DNA of 56,882 nt from a virus (lineage: Duplodnaviria; Caudoviricetes): positions 1 to 56,882 of the IMG/VR virus record IMGVR_UViG_3300007514_000698. One strand, written 5' to 3'. The position numbers and the translations under genes are program-made. Every line of letters begins with the position of its first letter. The stretch's first letter is position 1. The notes beneath the pieces were generated by a model that saw only the letters and a list, made by a program, of their open reading frames with translations, was not told the origin of the DNA and made no database searches. This document shows, one piece after another, positions 28,190 through 38,833 of this stretch.

Positions 28190-29149
28190 TTATGCTTCGA
28201 ATACGTCTAAATTAGAATTATTTCCTCTGGTATTTACTCCCTTTGGTGGATCATTGTTTACGCCAGGTTGTCGTCTATCGGTCAGTCTCTTTTGGAGTTC
28301 TTCAAATTCTGAAAACGCATCATCAGATTCTATGTTACTTAAATCGGGTAGAGGTGAATTAGGTATATCTTCAAATATCTTTCCCCCTGACAATCCCTTG
28401 CGAGGTTCTACTATCATATCTCTAAAAGTCCAATTTACTGTCATCCTTTGGATAGTATTTGATGCACTATAATCTAGTTGCAAAGGTGAAAGTAGTTTTG
28501 GGTATGCATCAACTAATGTATATTTACACACACTTCCTATATCACTAGTTGTAGCAAATTTTTGATGTTTAGATAATTGATGTATTTCTAATGTTCCAAC
28601 ATATTCATTAAACCAACCAACACTTTGATTTGGTTTATACATTAGGTCTTGCCAAGTTTCAAAGAAATGATACTCATCCATTGATTCACTCACATAAAAT
28701 GATGATGAAATTTCATCAAAGAGTTTATCGTATACATATTCCTTTTTAAGTCCATATGTCTTGAGTGCTTTAGTTGCTATATTATTGCCAGGTATAGAGA
28801 TTTGATGACAATTAAATCCAATCTGTCTAAGTTTAGAAAGTCCCCATTTTTTTATTAATTTTGAAGCAGGAGTCATTACAATTTTAAATAAGGAAGGTCT
28901 TGCCCACAATCCTGATTCATTACCAATATCCCTGACGAATTTACTAAGTGTATTATCATGCGTAGTTCTCGCATCACCTACATCTGGATTTACAACTCTA
29001 CTGAAACCTATAGGAATATTTGTTCCAATAGTAATTCCTGGCCCAAAAACACCAGAACCGCCCCCTCCGAAGATTCTTTGGAGATTTAGATTTCCCCCAA
29101 CACCTCTACCTCTTTGGTTAAATATATTTCCGCCTAGTCTTATAGCCAT
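28190..29149 (-). CDS. tail-tube-like / gp54-like baseplate-tail tube initiator
   Basis: ARPSLF, FFETWQD, Y.LVDAYPK.LSPL.L, VNWTFR; synteny between gp2 and gp26. Confidence 0.7.
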   Translation of the reverse strand: MAIRLGGNIFNQRGRGVGGNLNLQRIFGGGGSGVFGPGITIGTNIPIGFSRVVNPDVGDARTTHDNTLSKFVRDIGNESGLWARPSLFKIVMTPASKLIKKWGLSKLRQIGFNCHQISIPGNNIATKALKTYGLKKEYVYDKLFDEISSSFYVSESMDEYHFFETWQDLMYKPNQSVGWFNEYVGTLEIHQLSKHQKFATTSDIGSVCKYTLVDAYPKLLSPLQLDYSASNTIQRMTVNWTFRDMIVEPRKGLSGGKIFEDIPNSPLPDLSNIESDDAFSEFEELQKRLTDRRQPGVNNDPPKGVNTRGNNSNLDVFEA

Positions 29150-29673
29150 TAGTTGTTAGTTCCTTTTAGTATTTTTAATCGTTGTTGTTCCCAAATGAGT
29201 TCACTTTTTACTGGAACTCTGTTTTTTGTTATTAGGTTAGTTCTAAAGAACATTTCATAAGAACTTCTCATTACATTTTCCCATTCATCATCATAAATTT
29301 GAATTAATGGAGTTTGTAAATTATCATATCTATAACTACGCATACAAACTAATGCTGATCGCCATGGTCTTTGTTGCAATACTCTTAGAAATCCTTTATA
29401 CTCGAAGAATCTTAAATTACCTCTTACCCGAAAGAATCTACTCAAAGATTTTATTAGATCATCTCTCATATCATTTTTAAGGTAATTAAAATTTAATCCT
29501 TGAAATCCCCCTTGAAACAAGCGAGTTACCAAGACAACAGGGTACATATCCCAATAGGGTATACTGTCTTTTGTAACAGTTGTAGCAATATACCTATAAG
29601 TGTATAGTCTGCCCCTTAAAGCGACTCCTACTGGATTACCCAGTTTCATTAATTCTGATGGTGAGTTTAACAT
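29149..29673 (-). CDS. gp2: DNA end protector gp2
   Basis: GRLYTYRY, PYWDMYP, GFQGLNFNYL. Confidence 0.82.
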   Translation of the reverse strand: MLNSPSELMKLGNPVGVALRGRLYTYRYIATTVTKDSIPYWDMYPVVLVTRLFQGGFQGLNFNYLKNDMRDDLIKSLSRFFRVRGNLRFFEYKGFLRVLQQRPWRSALVCMRSYRYDNLQTPLIQIYDDEWENVMRSSYEMFFRTNLITKNRVPVKSELIWEQQRLKILKGTNN

Positions 29674-29679
29674 TTCTTT

Positions 29680-29687
29680 TATTTATA
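29680..29687 (-). promoter_or_regulatory. T4-type late promoter TATAAATA
   Basis: Exact motif 6 nt upstream of the gp2 ATG. Confidence 0.75.
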
Positions 29688-29690
29688 AGG

Positions 29691-30140
29691 TTAATGCTTG
29701 ATTCCTAGTTCTTTTTCTGTAATAACTACAAATTTCCAATCTCTTTTTTCTGCATATAAGTACGCAGCTCTCCATTTTGCCTGATTTACCATGTATGCCA
29801 TGACTGCTTCTCTATAACCTTTCGTCTTTCTAACTGGTTCTTTAGGTGGGAAACATTGATTACTGGGTTTGATCTCAATAATGTATTTTTGTACTTTTGA
29901 ATGTTTATCCCTAACTTTTACATAAAAATCCACTAGGTATTTCCTAGTTTTCTTTTCTACTGGATTATAGTAGGGTATTCTGATTGTTTCTGATCCCCAT
30001 TCCAATACGAATGGATTATTATCTAGGTATTTCATGTAAATTAGTTCCCATCCAGAGCGATGTTCACATTCTTGGAGATTTCCTACATATTTCTCTTTAT
30101 TCTTTACTTTATATTTTCCAACTTTAGGATATTTTTTCAT
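29691..30140 (-). CDS. gp4: head completion nuclease gp4
   Basis: KYVGN, RSGWEL, WGSETIRIPY, YLVDF, IEIKP, NQAKW, ITEKEL. Confidence 0.92.
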   Translation of the reverse strand: MKKYPKVGKYKVKNKEKYVGNLQECEHRSGWELIYMKYLDNNPFVLEWGSETIRIPYYNPVEKKTRKYLVDFYVKVRDKHSKVQKYIIEIKPSNQCFPPKEPVRKTKGYREAVMAYMVNQAKWRAAYLYAEKRDWKFVVITEKELGIKH

Positions 30141-30148
30141 AAAACTCT

Positions 30149-30185
30149 TATAAATACTGTTATAGAATATATAGTAGTATTTATA
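30149..30185. promoter_or_regulatory. pair of opposed late promoters (TATAAATA + at 30149-30156; - at 30178-30185)
   Basis: Exact motifs between the divergent gp4 and gp48 genes. Confidence 0.8.
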
Positions 30186-30199
30186 ACAGGGAGAAGCAA

Positions 30200-31474
30200 A
30201 TGGCAGAAATTAGACCAGACGGTACTGTTGTTTTGGACGAAGTAGTGGTACAGGGTAAGGCAGAGACTAGTAGACTTAGTAGGGGAGCTTTTAAATCGAA
30301 TAATGCGACTATTCATAAGTACCCATTATTTCTAGATAGGGGAGCACCAGGCCCAGAAAAACAAAGAAGAATTGAAGAACGATCTAGGGAATGTATAAGA
30401 TTTACTGCTATTAGACAGCCTGGTCTTACTCTAAGCAAGAAGGATATAGAAGCAATTCGTTTAGCTGTTCTGCAAGGGAAAACACAGAAACAAAAACAGA
30501 TTGCAGCTACAGAAAGACAACTTAATGGTGTTGATTTTCTGGAACAACAAGGAGTTCGTACTGAGGCAGAATCAAAACAGTTAAGGGATAAATTGATCTC
30601 GCAATTAGCTCGAGAAAAAGGAGAAAGATCAGATATTGATAAATTTCTACAAACTGGTGGTGCAGAAGGAAGTATAGATGGTTTGAAACTTCTCGAATCT
30701 CTTGGTTTTGGAATTGAAGCTTTTATTGACATAGGTAGAACTCAACTCAAACAACCCTCGGTTGCGTTAGAACATTGTTTTCTTTATATGCCCGCATCTG
30801 TCGTTTACAATGAAAGTGCAACATGGAATACGGAAGGTATAGGTGCTTTGGGTCAGGGGGTTAGAGAACTTATCAAGAGTGATGCTGGTATAAGTGATAT
30901 AATGAAAAGATTTGGTTCTGGAATTGTAACAAATCTTGCAAAAACTGCTGCTGTTGCTGGTGGTGCTATGATCGCTGGTACATTTGGTGCAGTTGCAACT
31001 GCGCTCGGTGGTGGTGGTGTTACTAGTGCGATTGGTCAATCTTTTAGACTTGCACAGAATCCTTATGAAGAACAATTATTTCAAGGTATTCCATTTAGAG
31101 TGTTTAATTTTACTTTTGATTTTATTGCAACATCAGAAACAGAATATCTACAAGTTCAGAAGATAATTAAAATGTTTAGGAAACATTCTAGACCAACATT
31201 TGCAATAAATGATGGTAGTGGAACTCAAAACGAAGCACTTTACAGTTACCCTAATGAATTTAATATTGAGTTTATGCATTTAGAGGATGATGTATACCAG
31301 ACAAATCCTCATTTACCTAGATTGCACAATACTGTATTAACAAACATTACAACTAACTTTGCACCTGATGGATGGATTGCACATGACAAAGGTGAACCAC
31401 TTTCTATTGTTGTCCAAATGGCATTTACCGAAGTTAGAAAGAATACAAGTGAAGATATAGATAAAGGTTACTAA
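30200..31474 (+). CDS. gp48: baseplate tail-tube cap gp48
   Basis: LYMP, NPYEEQLFQGIPFRVFNFTFDF, YPNEF, VLTNITTNFAP, FTE; synteny with gp53. Confidence 0.82.
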   Translation: MAEIRPDGTVVLDEVVVQGKAETSRLSRGAFKSNNATIHKYPLFLDRGAPGPEKQRRIEERSRECIRFTAIRQPGLTLSKKDIEAIRLAVLQGKTQKQKQIAATERQLNGVDFLEQQGVRTEAESKQLRDKLISQLAREKGERSDIDKFLQTGGAEGSIDGLKLLESLGFGIEAFIDIGRTQLKQPSVALEHCFLYMPASVVYNESATWNTEGIGALGQGVRELIKSDAGISDIMKRFGSGIVTNLAKTAAVAGGAMIAGTFGAVATALGGGGVTSAIGQSFRLAQNPYEEQLFQGIPFRVFNFTFDFIATSETEYLQVQKIIKMFRKHSRPTFAINDGSGTQNEALYSYPNEFNIEFMHLEDDVYQTNPHLPRLHNTVLTNITTNFAPDGWIAHDKGEPLSIVVQMAFTEVRKNTSEDIDKGY

Positions 31475-31484
31475 GGAGATACTA

Positions 31485-32024
31485 ATGTCATATTTTAATA
31501 GGTTTCAACTCATAGGTTATGATATTGAAGGGAAAGAGGATCAACTTAATGTCAAACCGATAACAAATATACTGCAAAGAGTAAGAATGAAGATGGATTT
31601 TATTAAGAATAGAGTATTATATGTGGATTTTTCTATTACTGATGGTGATACACCTGAGTCTATTTCTTATGATTATTATGGTACTAGTGGTTTGCATTGG
31701 ATTGTTTTATTTGCACAACAAATTACCAATCCATATTATGAATGGCCCTTAACATATTATGATTTGAATAGATATGTTGACAAGAAATATGGTTCAACTA
31801 AACTTGACCCTCATCATTACGAAGATACGGATGGTAATATAGTTAATGAACCAGGCACACCTATTGGAAATGGTACTACGGATGTTTATGGTAATGCGAC
31901 TACCATAAGTAATATGAAATATGAAGAACTGGAAAATGATAAACGTAGACTCATAAATCTTATCAAACCAGAATATACTGGTGGAATTGAAAAAGAATTA
32001 AGTAACCTATTATCGAAACCATAA
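31485..32024 (+). CDS. gp53: baseplate wedge subunit gp53
   Basis: MSYFNRF, DGDTPESISYDYYG..LHWIVL..NPYYEWPL, ENDKRRLI. Confidence 0.9.
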   Translation: MSYFNRFQLIGYDIEGKEDQLNVKPITNILQRVRMKMDFIKNRVLYVDFSITDGDTPESISYDYYGTSGLHWIVLFAQQITNPYYEWPLTYYDLNRYVDKKYGSTKLDPHHYEDTDGNIVNEPGTPIGNGTTDVYGNATTISNMKYEELENDKRRLINLIKPEYTGGIEKELSNLLSKP

Positions 32025-32025
32025 A

Positions 32026-33447
32026 ATGCCAAAATCACCAGTTACATTTAGAGCGTCTGATGTAGACATAGAATTCATGGAGTTGTTGACCGCAAGTGGA
32101 ACATTCGAGATACTTCCACAAGCTATATCTTTGAATTTATATGAAGATATATACAGACCTAACATTAGTATTGAAATTGGAATGAATGATTCTAAGGATA
32201 TTCCTTTTTTAGGCCCAATCGTGGGTGAAGAATATTTGAATATGAGATGGGCAACAAAATCAACAGGTGGTATGGACACACAATCAGAAGTTTGGCCTGG
32301 TGATATGCATTTGACAAGTATTAAACAAAGACGTATAACAAAAGATCGTCAACAGATATATGTTCTTGAGTTTACTTCTAACCAATCAATAATAAATCAA
32401 AATAGTAAAATTAGTAAATCATATAAAGGAAAGAGAATAGATCAGATTGTATCTGATATTGTTGATAATTGGTTGGATTTAGATGGTCATGCAGATAATG
32501 TTGTTATAGAAGCAACTAAGGGTATAGAGAACATTGTAATACCGAACTGGAAACCATTTGATGCGATTAACTGGTTATGTAAACGTGCAATCAATGAAAA
32601 TAATGTTCCGAACTTTATGTATTGGGAATCTAATGGTGTATATTACTTTAGAAGTATAGATACGTTATTGAAAGCACCAACTGTACAAAAGTTTAGATTG
32701 AATCCAATATCTACTGATTCTACTAAATTGCAAAGTGCAAAAGAAGGTGTAATGGAACTAAATAATCTTGAAATTGCTAGTCAATTTGACGTTATAAGTA
32801 ATGTAAGGAATGGTATGTATGCATCAAAGTTAATTACCCATGATATTACTAAAAAGAAAATAGAAGAAAGAGTATTGGGTTTGGAAGAACTCTATAATAA
32901 TCATATAAATCATGCAGACCCATTTATGCCTATAAGTTTTTCGGAAACAGAATTTACAGTACAAGATAGATATGAGTTTGCAAATTCTATTAGTCCTAAT
33001 AAAAAGAGTGGTGGTCAATTTCAAAGATTCTATGATAGTAACATTAGTTTTTATCCAAAACACGATCAGATGTATGCAGAAAGTGTGAATGATCTTTATG
33101 ATAATAATGTTGAGGAATGGTACTTGAAAAGAAATGCATTGATGAGTACACTAAATCAGATAACATTGAATATTCGGTTTCCTGCTATTTCTGGTTTGCA
33201 AGTTGGACATATGGTTGAAATTGATGTTCCTGCGGCGAGTAAGGTATTGAAGGATTCAAGAGGTAGAGTTGCAAATCCAGAAGATTTAAGAGATAAGTTT
33301 TTGTCGGGTAGATATATCATAACAAAAATAAATCATCATCTTGATATGGTTGATGCTATAGCTCCTATAAAATATACAATGTCTGCACAATTAACAAAAG
33401 ATGCGGTTGGTAGTCCGATACCAGGCACATCAATACCTAAAGGTTAG
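32026..33447 (+). CDS. baseplate hub protein (gp27/GPD-like)
   Basis: LNLYEDI, PIVGEE, IPNWKPFDAINWL, LSGRYII; lies between gp53 and gp5. Confidence 0.7.
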   Translation: MPKSPVTFRASDVDIEFMELLTASGTFEILPQAISLNLYEDIYRPNISIEIGMNDSKDIPFLGPIVGEEYLNMRWATKSTGGMDTQSEVWPGDMHLTSIKQRRITKDRQQIYVLEFTSNQSIINQNSKISKSYKGKRIDQIVSDIVDNWLDLDGHADNVVIEATKGIENIVIPNWKPFDAINWLCKRAINENNVPNFMYWESNGVYYFRSIDTLLKAPTVQKFRLNPISTDSTKLQSAKEGVMELNNLEIASQFDVISNVRNGMYASKLITHDITKKKIEERVLGLEELYNNHINHADPFMPISFSETEFTVQDRYEFANSISPNKKSGGQFQRFYDSNISFYPKHDQMYAESVNDLYDNNVEEWYLKRNALMSTLNQITLNIRFPAISGLQVGHMVEIDVPAASKVLKDSRGRVANPEDLRDKFLSGRYIITKINHHLDMVDAIAPIKYTMSAQLTKDAVGSPIPGTSIPKG

Positions 33448-33454
33448 ATAGACT

Positions 33455-34852
33455 ATGATGAATATATGGCAAGGTGTAGTTGAAGATAGATATGACCCAT
33501 TGAAGTTGGGTAGATGTCGAGTGCGTATTCTTGGATTGCATACTACAAATAAGATAGATGGTGAAGGAATACCAACAGAACATTTACCGTGGGCAACTCC
33601 AAGTCAACCGATAACATCTGCAGCTATGAATGGTATTGGTACGACACCAATGGGGCCTGTTGAAGGTACTTGGGTGTTTGGTTTCTTTCGTGATGGTGGT
33701 AATGAACAAGAACCAGTTATGATTGGAACATTCGGGGGTATTCCCGAAAAGGATTATAAACATGATCCCCAAAAAGGTTTCAATGATCCTTTTGGTACTT
33801 ATCCATTAACTACTCATCTTGGAGAACCTGATACAAATAGAGCAGCAAGAGGTGGTGGTGCAATACCAGTACCGTTGCCTGGTTCTTTAGATACGCCTGG
33901 TTCAGAGGATTCACCACACTTAGTTAAGAAACGGAAGGTAAGGAACAAAGGAATTCCTACTGCTGTTGCAGGGGATATTTCAGCAGCTATTGCAAATACT
34001 GGTAATAGTGGATTGTATGGTTTTTCGCCTTGGAACGAACCTAATCCTAGATATGGTGGGGTAAGTGATAGTGATACTGAATATAATATATCAGGTGGTA
34101 TCAGTTCTCTTTATCCATTCAATCATGTTCGCATGAGTGAATCGGGTCATGTTGAAGAATGGGATGACACACCATCTGCGGAGAGGATGCACCGTTATCA
34201 CAAGTCAGGTACGTTTGAAGAAATACAACAGGACGGAACAAAGATTGTTAAGGTAGTGGGTAATGATTATGAAATCATCTTGGGAGATAATGATGTTTAC
34301 ATAAATGGAGTTTGTAATGTTACTATTCAAGGTGATTGTCGTATGTTATATCAAGGTGATCTTGTCCAAGAGGTTTATGGTGATTATCATTTGAACGTAC
34401 AGGGTGATATGAGAACAAAGATAACTGGAAATTGTGCAACTGAAATGTTAGAAGATAGAAAAACTATCGTCAATGGTTTTGATGATCTATTGGTTGGTGA
34501 TGATGCATTATTGAATGTTGGTGGGAATCAACAGATAGGAATAGGTGGAGATATATCAGAGGTAGTTTCGGGAGATGTACAGAATGTCTATCTTGGTGGT
34601 TGTACGGAAACAACTGGTCTTGGTGGACATCGCCTGTTAAGTGCTGGAAGTATAGATATTTCTGCATTGATGAATTTAGGTTTATCATCTATTCTTAATT
34701 ACAATCGAACTACTATGGGATTATCAACAGAAACCACAACATTATTGCATAGTGAAATATGTCTAGGTGGTAGAGCTGAAGCAACTACTGGTTTTAGTAA
34801 TGTATTCGCAGGCACCTATATTAACAGATCAGGAACAATTAATTTGAACTAA
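33455..34852 (+). CDS. gp5: baseplate hub spike gp5 (OB-fold plus beta-helix, no lysozyme domain)
   Basis: GVVEDRYDPLKLGRCRVR, LPWA, GTWVFGFF, YPFNHV..SESGHVEEWDDTP, VxG repeats. Confidence 0.92.
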   Translation: MMNIWQGVVEDRYDPLKLGRCRVRILGLHTTNKIDGEGIPTEHLPWATPSQPITSAAMNGIGTTPMGPVEGTWVFGFFRDGGNEQEPVMIGTFGGIPEKDYKHDPQKGFNDPFGTYPLTTHLGEPDTNRAARGGGAIPVPLPGSLDTPGSEDSPHLVKKRKVRNKGIPTAVAGDISAAIANTGNSGLYGFSPWNEPNPRYGGVSDSDTEYNISGGISSLYPFNHVRMSESGHVEEWDDTPSAERMHRYHKSGTFEEIQQDGTKIVKVVGNDYEIILGDNDVYINGVCNVTIQGDCRMLYQGDLVQEVYGDYHLNVQGDMRTKITGNCATEMLEDRKTIVNGFDDLLVGDDALLNVGGNQQIGIGGDISEVVSGDVQNVYLGGCTETTGLGGHRLLSAGSIDISALMNLGLSSILNYNRTTMGLSTETTTLLHSEICLGGRAEATTGFSNVFAGTYINRSGTINLN

Positions 34853-34862
34853 GGAGTATATA

Positions 34863-35846
34863 ATGCCAATTACATTTACAGAAGGGTTAACACCTAATTT
34901 TCCCCCTGACAGTTTTGATACTGAACGTGAACATATCAAATTGTTGTATCAACAAGTTATAATAGGTGGTGCATATGTTAATCCACTAGAACCAGAAGTA
35001 ACTACGTTAATTACAAAGATTAAAGATCGCAAGACTGAATTGACTAATGCAAAAACTACGGTTGATGCAAATATAGTAACTTTGGAAGGATATGTAGTTC
35101 CAGTTGATCCTCCGACCAATCCTCCGACTACTAATCTTCCTCCTTGTTGGGAACAAGCTGGATTTGGTACAAGTGGTATTAATACAATTATAAGTGCATT
35201 ACAATCATTGTCTAGTTCATTACAAACTGGGATTGATACAACAGAAGCTTTGAGAAATGAACTTGAGACTGTTGATATTAACAATTTCAAATTGCACATG
35301 GAATTATTATCGGGAGTGGATGAATTACCCCCATTTGATATTATTAAACCAAATCAACAAGAACTTATGGGTTTAGTTCGTGCGATAACAGATATTGAAC
35401 ACCGATTCGGTGTTACGTTTACAAATTATTTGGTACTGGTATTCGAGACATTATTTCTTGCAGACTTAACTGTTGCAAATGCACAGACATCAGTAAATGT
35501 AGACCCTCTAAGTGGTACTTACCCTGACGTAATCACTAGAGTCAATGCGTGTCCTACTGAAGCAAATGCACCAACTAATATTTCTAATGATATAAATGCA
35601 TATGCAACTCCCCTTAATGCATGGAATACTGACGTTGCAACACACAAACCGATTTTTGAACAACATATTGCAGATGATACTGCGGAGTATGATTCGTTGA
35701 GAGATAAACTTGACCGATATATTCAAGCATATAATATATCACAATATATTACTGACCCTTACTATGCGTTCATGTATACAGATGTTTTTGGTAGTAGTGC
35801 GGTCATAAATATTATTAATCAATTACAATCAGGGGAAATACAATAA
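34863..35846 (+). CDS. hypothetical (probably virion) protein
   Basis: AAGGAG RBS; located in the gp5-PAAR operon. Confidence 0.55.
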   Translation: MPITFTEGLTPNFPPDSFDTEREHIKLLYQQVIIGGAYVNPLEPEVTTLITKIKDRKTELTNAKTTVDANIVTLEGYVVPVDPPTNPPTTNLPPCWEQAGFGTSGINTIISALQSLSSSLQTGIDTTEALRNELETVDINNFKLHMELLSGVDELPPFDIIKPNQQELMGLVRAITDIEHRFGVTFTNYLVLVFETLFLADLTVANAQTSVNVDPLSGTYPDVITRVNACPTEANAPTNISNDINAYATPLNAWNTDVATHKPIFEQHIADDTAEYDSLRDKLDRYIQAYNISQYITDPYYAFMYTDVFGSSAVINIINQLQSGEIQ

Positions 35847-36283
35847 TGTCATTTAATCCAACTGATAGTCTTTCAAATGCAACTACAGTAACTATAATGG
35901 GTCAAGAGTTTACCTTACCATTTGCTACTGGTCTTGGTTTGGCTGAAACTTTTGCAAGTGGTACTTTTGGCCCGCAAGGTGGTCGATCTGCAGCTAGATT
36001 TATGGATAAGGATGGAGTCCATTGTATTGGACACCCTCGAAGATTAATTGTTCAAGGTACGGTTTTCATAAATCAACGACTTGCTTCTACATTTGCCGCT
36101 CCTAATACACCACATCTTAGACCAGCTTCGTGTCCAGTTTGTTGTACTATACATTCTGCACCTTTGATTCAAGGTAGTAGTACGGTGTTTATTGGTTCTT
36201 TACCAGCAGGTAGATGGTTAGATAGAGTTTCTGGTTGTACTTATGTTGCATCTGGAAGTATGAATGTTTTTATAGGGGGGTAA
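35846..36283 (+). CDS. PAAR-like spike tip protein (gp5.4-like) with N-terminal extension
   Basis: AAR..D, H/C ligands, GSSTVFIGSLPAGR.LD.V.GC...GSMNVFIG. Confidence 0.78.
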   Translation: MSFNPTDSLSNATTVTIMGQEFTLPFATGLGLAETFASGTFGPQGGRSAARFMDKDGVHCIGHPRRLIVQGTVFINQRLASTFAAPNTPHLRPASCPVCCTIHSAPLIQGSSTVFIGSLPAGRWLDRVSGCTYVASGSMNVFIGG

Positions 36284-36433
36284 CATGAATAATAGTAGTA
36301 ACTGGTTACTATTATTATGTGCAACAATGATGATTGGAGTCTTATTATTTTTCACAATACCGAGTTGTATAGGTAAAGATTTACATTGGGGTAGTTTGCA
36401 TAGTAAATCTCAATTTAAATAAAGGAGTATAAA

Positions 36434-37213
36434 ATGGCAAATCCAATATGTAATTTATCTGCGGATTTAAGTAAACTTACAAGTGCTATAGGAGAGGGGA
36501 TTGGTGATCTACTAAACTTTTCTGGTCTATTCGGGACACCCGCTGGTTTGTTAGCATTACAAGCAAGATTAGCATCTACTCTAGCTACGATTGGTGCTGA
36601 TTTATCCAAACTACTTCCCGATATACCATTCTCGAAACAGTTTGAAAGTTTAGCAGATACGTTAGGTGATCTCGCAAATGGAATTGGTGGTGGTCTTACT
36701 TCCGTACTTAATAAGTTTGGTGATCTTCAAAATCTTATAGGAACATCCATAACCGATCTTGCAAATGGGGCACTTAATGCAGTCGGTGGTCTTTTAAACT
36801 TTAACCCATGTGGTGATGGTAGTGCGATTCCTAATATTGCAAGAGACTTAGCAACTGGTCAACTTATACAAAGACCGAACATAGGGATAAATAGAGGGTT
36901 GACTAATTTTGCTGGAAGAATAGCATTAGGAAGGCAACTATTCAATAATCCTTTGAGTATAGTTTCAAGTGCAAACATCAATCTTGGAAGTATCACTAAT
37001 GTATTAGATGGTGCAAATGCATTAAAGAATAATGTCATGGGTTCAATTACTGGAATGGGTAACGCAATAGTAAAGTTACCAAGTGGTGAAGAAATATTCC
37101 AAACACAAGATCAGTATATTTCAAGACTTAAAAAACTTGCAGAAGATAGGTTACTTGAACAAAACAAACCAAAGATTACAACAACCGAGAATACTGTATC
37201 AACACAAGTATAA
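36434..37213 (+). CDS. hypothetical (probably virion) protein
   Basis: G/A/L-rich amphipathic helices; NPC...IPNI. Confidence 0.5.
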   Translation: MANPICNLSADLSKLTSAIGEGIGDLLNFSGLFGTPAGLLALQARLASTLATIGADLSKLLPDIPFSKQFESLADTLGDLANGIGGGLTSVLNKFGDLQNLIGTSITDLANGALNAVGGLLNFNPCGDGSAIPNIARDLATGQLIQRPNIGINRGLTNFAGRIALGRQLFNNPLSIVSSANINLGSITNVLDGANALKNNVMGSITGMGNAIVKLPSGEEIFQTQDQYISRLKKLAEDRLLEQNKPKITTTENTVSTQV

Positions 37214-37222
37214 GGGGGTAAT

Positions 37223-37450
37223 ATGAATAGTCATCATGCTAACTGGTCAACTGATTCACAGACCCACACTCAAATATGCATACTCGAATCACAGATCGGT
37301 GTTAAAGACAATACGATAAAGGATTTGAAAGAGAAGAATGATTTGTTGGAGTTAAAACACATGGAACTCAAGGATGAGGTAGATAGATTAAACAACTTGG
37401 TTCGTACCCTTACTGTAGGTGGTACGGACGTATTAGATAGATTTAAATAG
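37223..37450 (+). CDS. small coiled-coil hypothetical protein
   Basis: Heptad pattern; RBS present. Confidence 0.5.
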   Translation: MNSHHANWSTDSQTHTQICILESQIGVKDNTIKDLKEKNDLLELKHMELKDEVDRLNNLVRTLTVGGTDVLDRFK

Positions 37451-37459
37451 AGAGGACTT

Positions 37460-37888
37460 ATGAAAGACTATAGTTATTTTATCGGAGAAGCTCTTGGAGT
37501 ACCAGAAACGATTAAGGGTCTTGGTAAACGATTTCGAGGTATGAAACAAATCAAGAGAGATAAACCTAAGATGGGTAGGTTGAAGGGTACTGTTGCAAGT
37601 GGTTACACTATCCCTAAAGTCAAATCCCAAGATGTTAGGGATTATCTCTTGGGATTAGGTTACAAGGTTGAAGAAGAATTTGATGGGTTTATTGATATGT
37701 ATTGTACCATTCATAAACTAGGTATCAATTATAAAGCAACTATAGTCCAAATGGAGAAAGACGTAGAGGTTCGTCTTTCTAGTCATCAAAAGGGAAAGAG
37801 TAGTAAGGAATTTAGGAAGGACACATTTAGTCAATCATCCGCTATAGCAGGTAACAAGTTTAGTGGTAAATCACCTAGATATAGGTAA
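37460..37888 (+). CDS. hypothetical protein
   Basis: GAGG RBS; ORF in operon. Confidence 0.5.
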   Translation: MKDYSYFIGEALGVPETIKGLGKRFRGMKQIKRDKPKMGRLKGTVASGYTIPKVKSQDVRDYLLGLGYKVEEEFDGFIDMYCTIHKLGINYKATIVQMEKDVEVRLSSHQKGKSSKEFRKDTFSQSSAIAGNKFSGKSPRYR

Positions 37889-37899
37889 AGGAGAGTGAA

Positions 37900-38682
37900 A
37901 TGAAAAAGATTATATTGATGTTTGCGTTGTTATTTTGTTTGACAACAACTACTGCATATACTGCTGAGTTGTTGATGTTCTCAATGAAGTCTTGTCGTTA
38001 TTGTCGATCCTACTTAAAAGAAGTTGCACAAGAATACAAGAACACAGAATACGCAAAGGTATTACCATTACGCATTATCTCTATGGATAGGACTAGTGCT
38101 CCAAAATGGTTTGATCTCGCATATGACCAACAAAGGATTGATCCTATTCGTGGAACACCTACGTTTATTGTTTGGGATAATGGTCAAGAGGTTGCGAGGT
38201 TGATTGGTTACAATGGTAAACAGAAATGGTATGATGACATATCAAGGTTTATCAATGACAATAGACAAAAACTAACGGAACGAATAGGTCGTAACCCATT
38301 AGTGTTTGAACCAGAAACAGAAATGACTCCCGAATTTGCATTGAAGGAATCATTGGGTGATGTACCAGATCAAACTGGTGGTGGTTTCGCACCAAGAAGT
38401 GAGGGTAGTGGTACTAAACATATGGGTAAACCATCTTCACAAATGCAACATCCTACTGTTCCATTCTTTGCACCCCCATTAGGTGCAGAGAAACAGAAAC
38501 CTAAAGTGAAAGAAGTACCTGAGAAGAACGAAGATGGAGTATTCATGTCTGATGATATAATGGATCATATCTACGATACGCATGAAGAAGCAATTAAAGC
38601 CGCATTGTGGTTTGGTTGTGAAGGAGTGCATACTCACAAAATGAATGGTAAACTGATCTGGATGCCATGTCGGATGGAATGA
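37900..38682 (+). CDS. secreted SoxS-like thioredoxin fused to a C-terminal DUF3721-like domain
   Basis: Signal peptide; ELLMF..CRYC; GTPTFIVWDNGQEVARLIGY; C-terminal YDTHEEA..A...GCEGVH.H...WMPC. Confidence 0.72.
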   Translation: MKKIILMFALLFCLTTTTAYTAELLMFSMKSCRYCRSYLKEVAQEYKNTEYAKVLPLRIISMDRTSAPKWFDLAYDQQRIDPIRGTPTFIVWDNGQEVARLIGYNGKQKWYDDISRFINDNRQKLTERIGRNPLVFEPETEMTPEFALKESLGDVPDQTGGGFAPRSEGSGTKHMGKPSSQMQHPTVPFFAPPLGAEKQKPKVKEVPEKNEDGVFMSDDIMDHIYDTHEEAIKAALWFGCEGVHTHKMNGKLIWMPCRME

Positions 38683-38787
38683 TGAAAGAGACAAGCTACG
38701 AATGGTTAATACCAGAAGCACGCTTTGAAATGGAGCAAAGACTCCCAAATGACGATCCTAACAGTCTTTGGGGGTTTGGTCTTTTCC

Positions 38788-38816
38788 TTACATTTCGCTG
38801 GTATTTTTGATATACT
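38788..38816 (+). promoter_or_regulatory. sigma70-like promoter (TTACAT-N17-TATACT)
   Basis: Extended -10 TG; 17-bp spacer. Confidence 0.65.
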
Positions 38817-38833
38817 ACAATGGAGACAAAACA

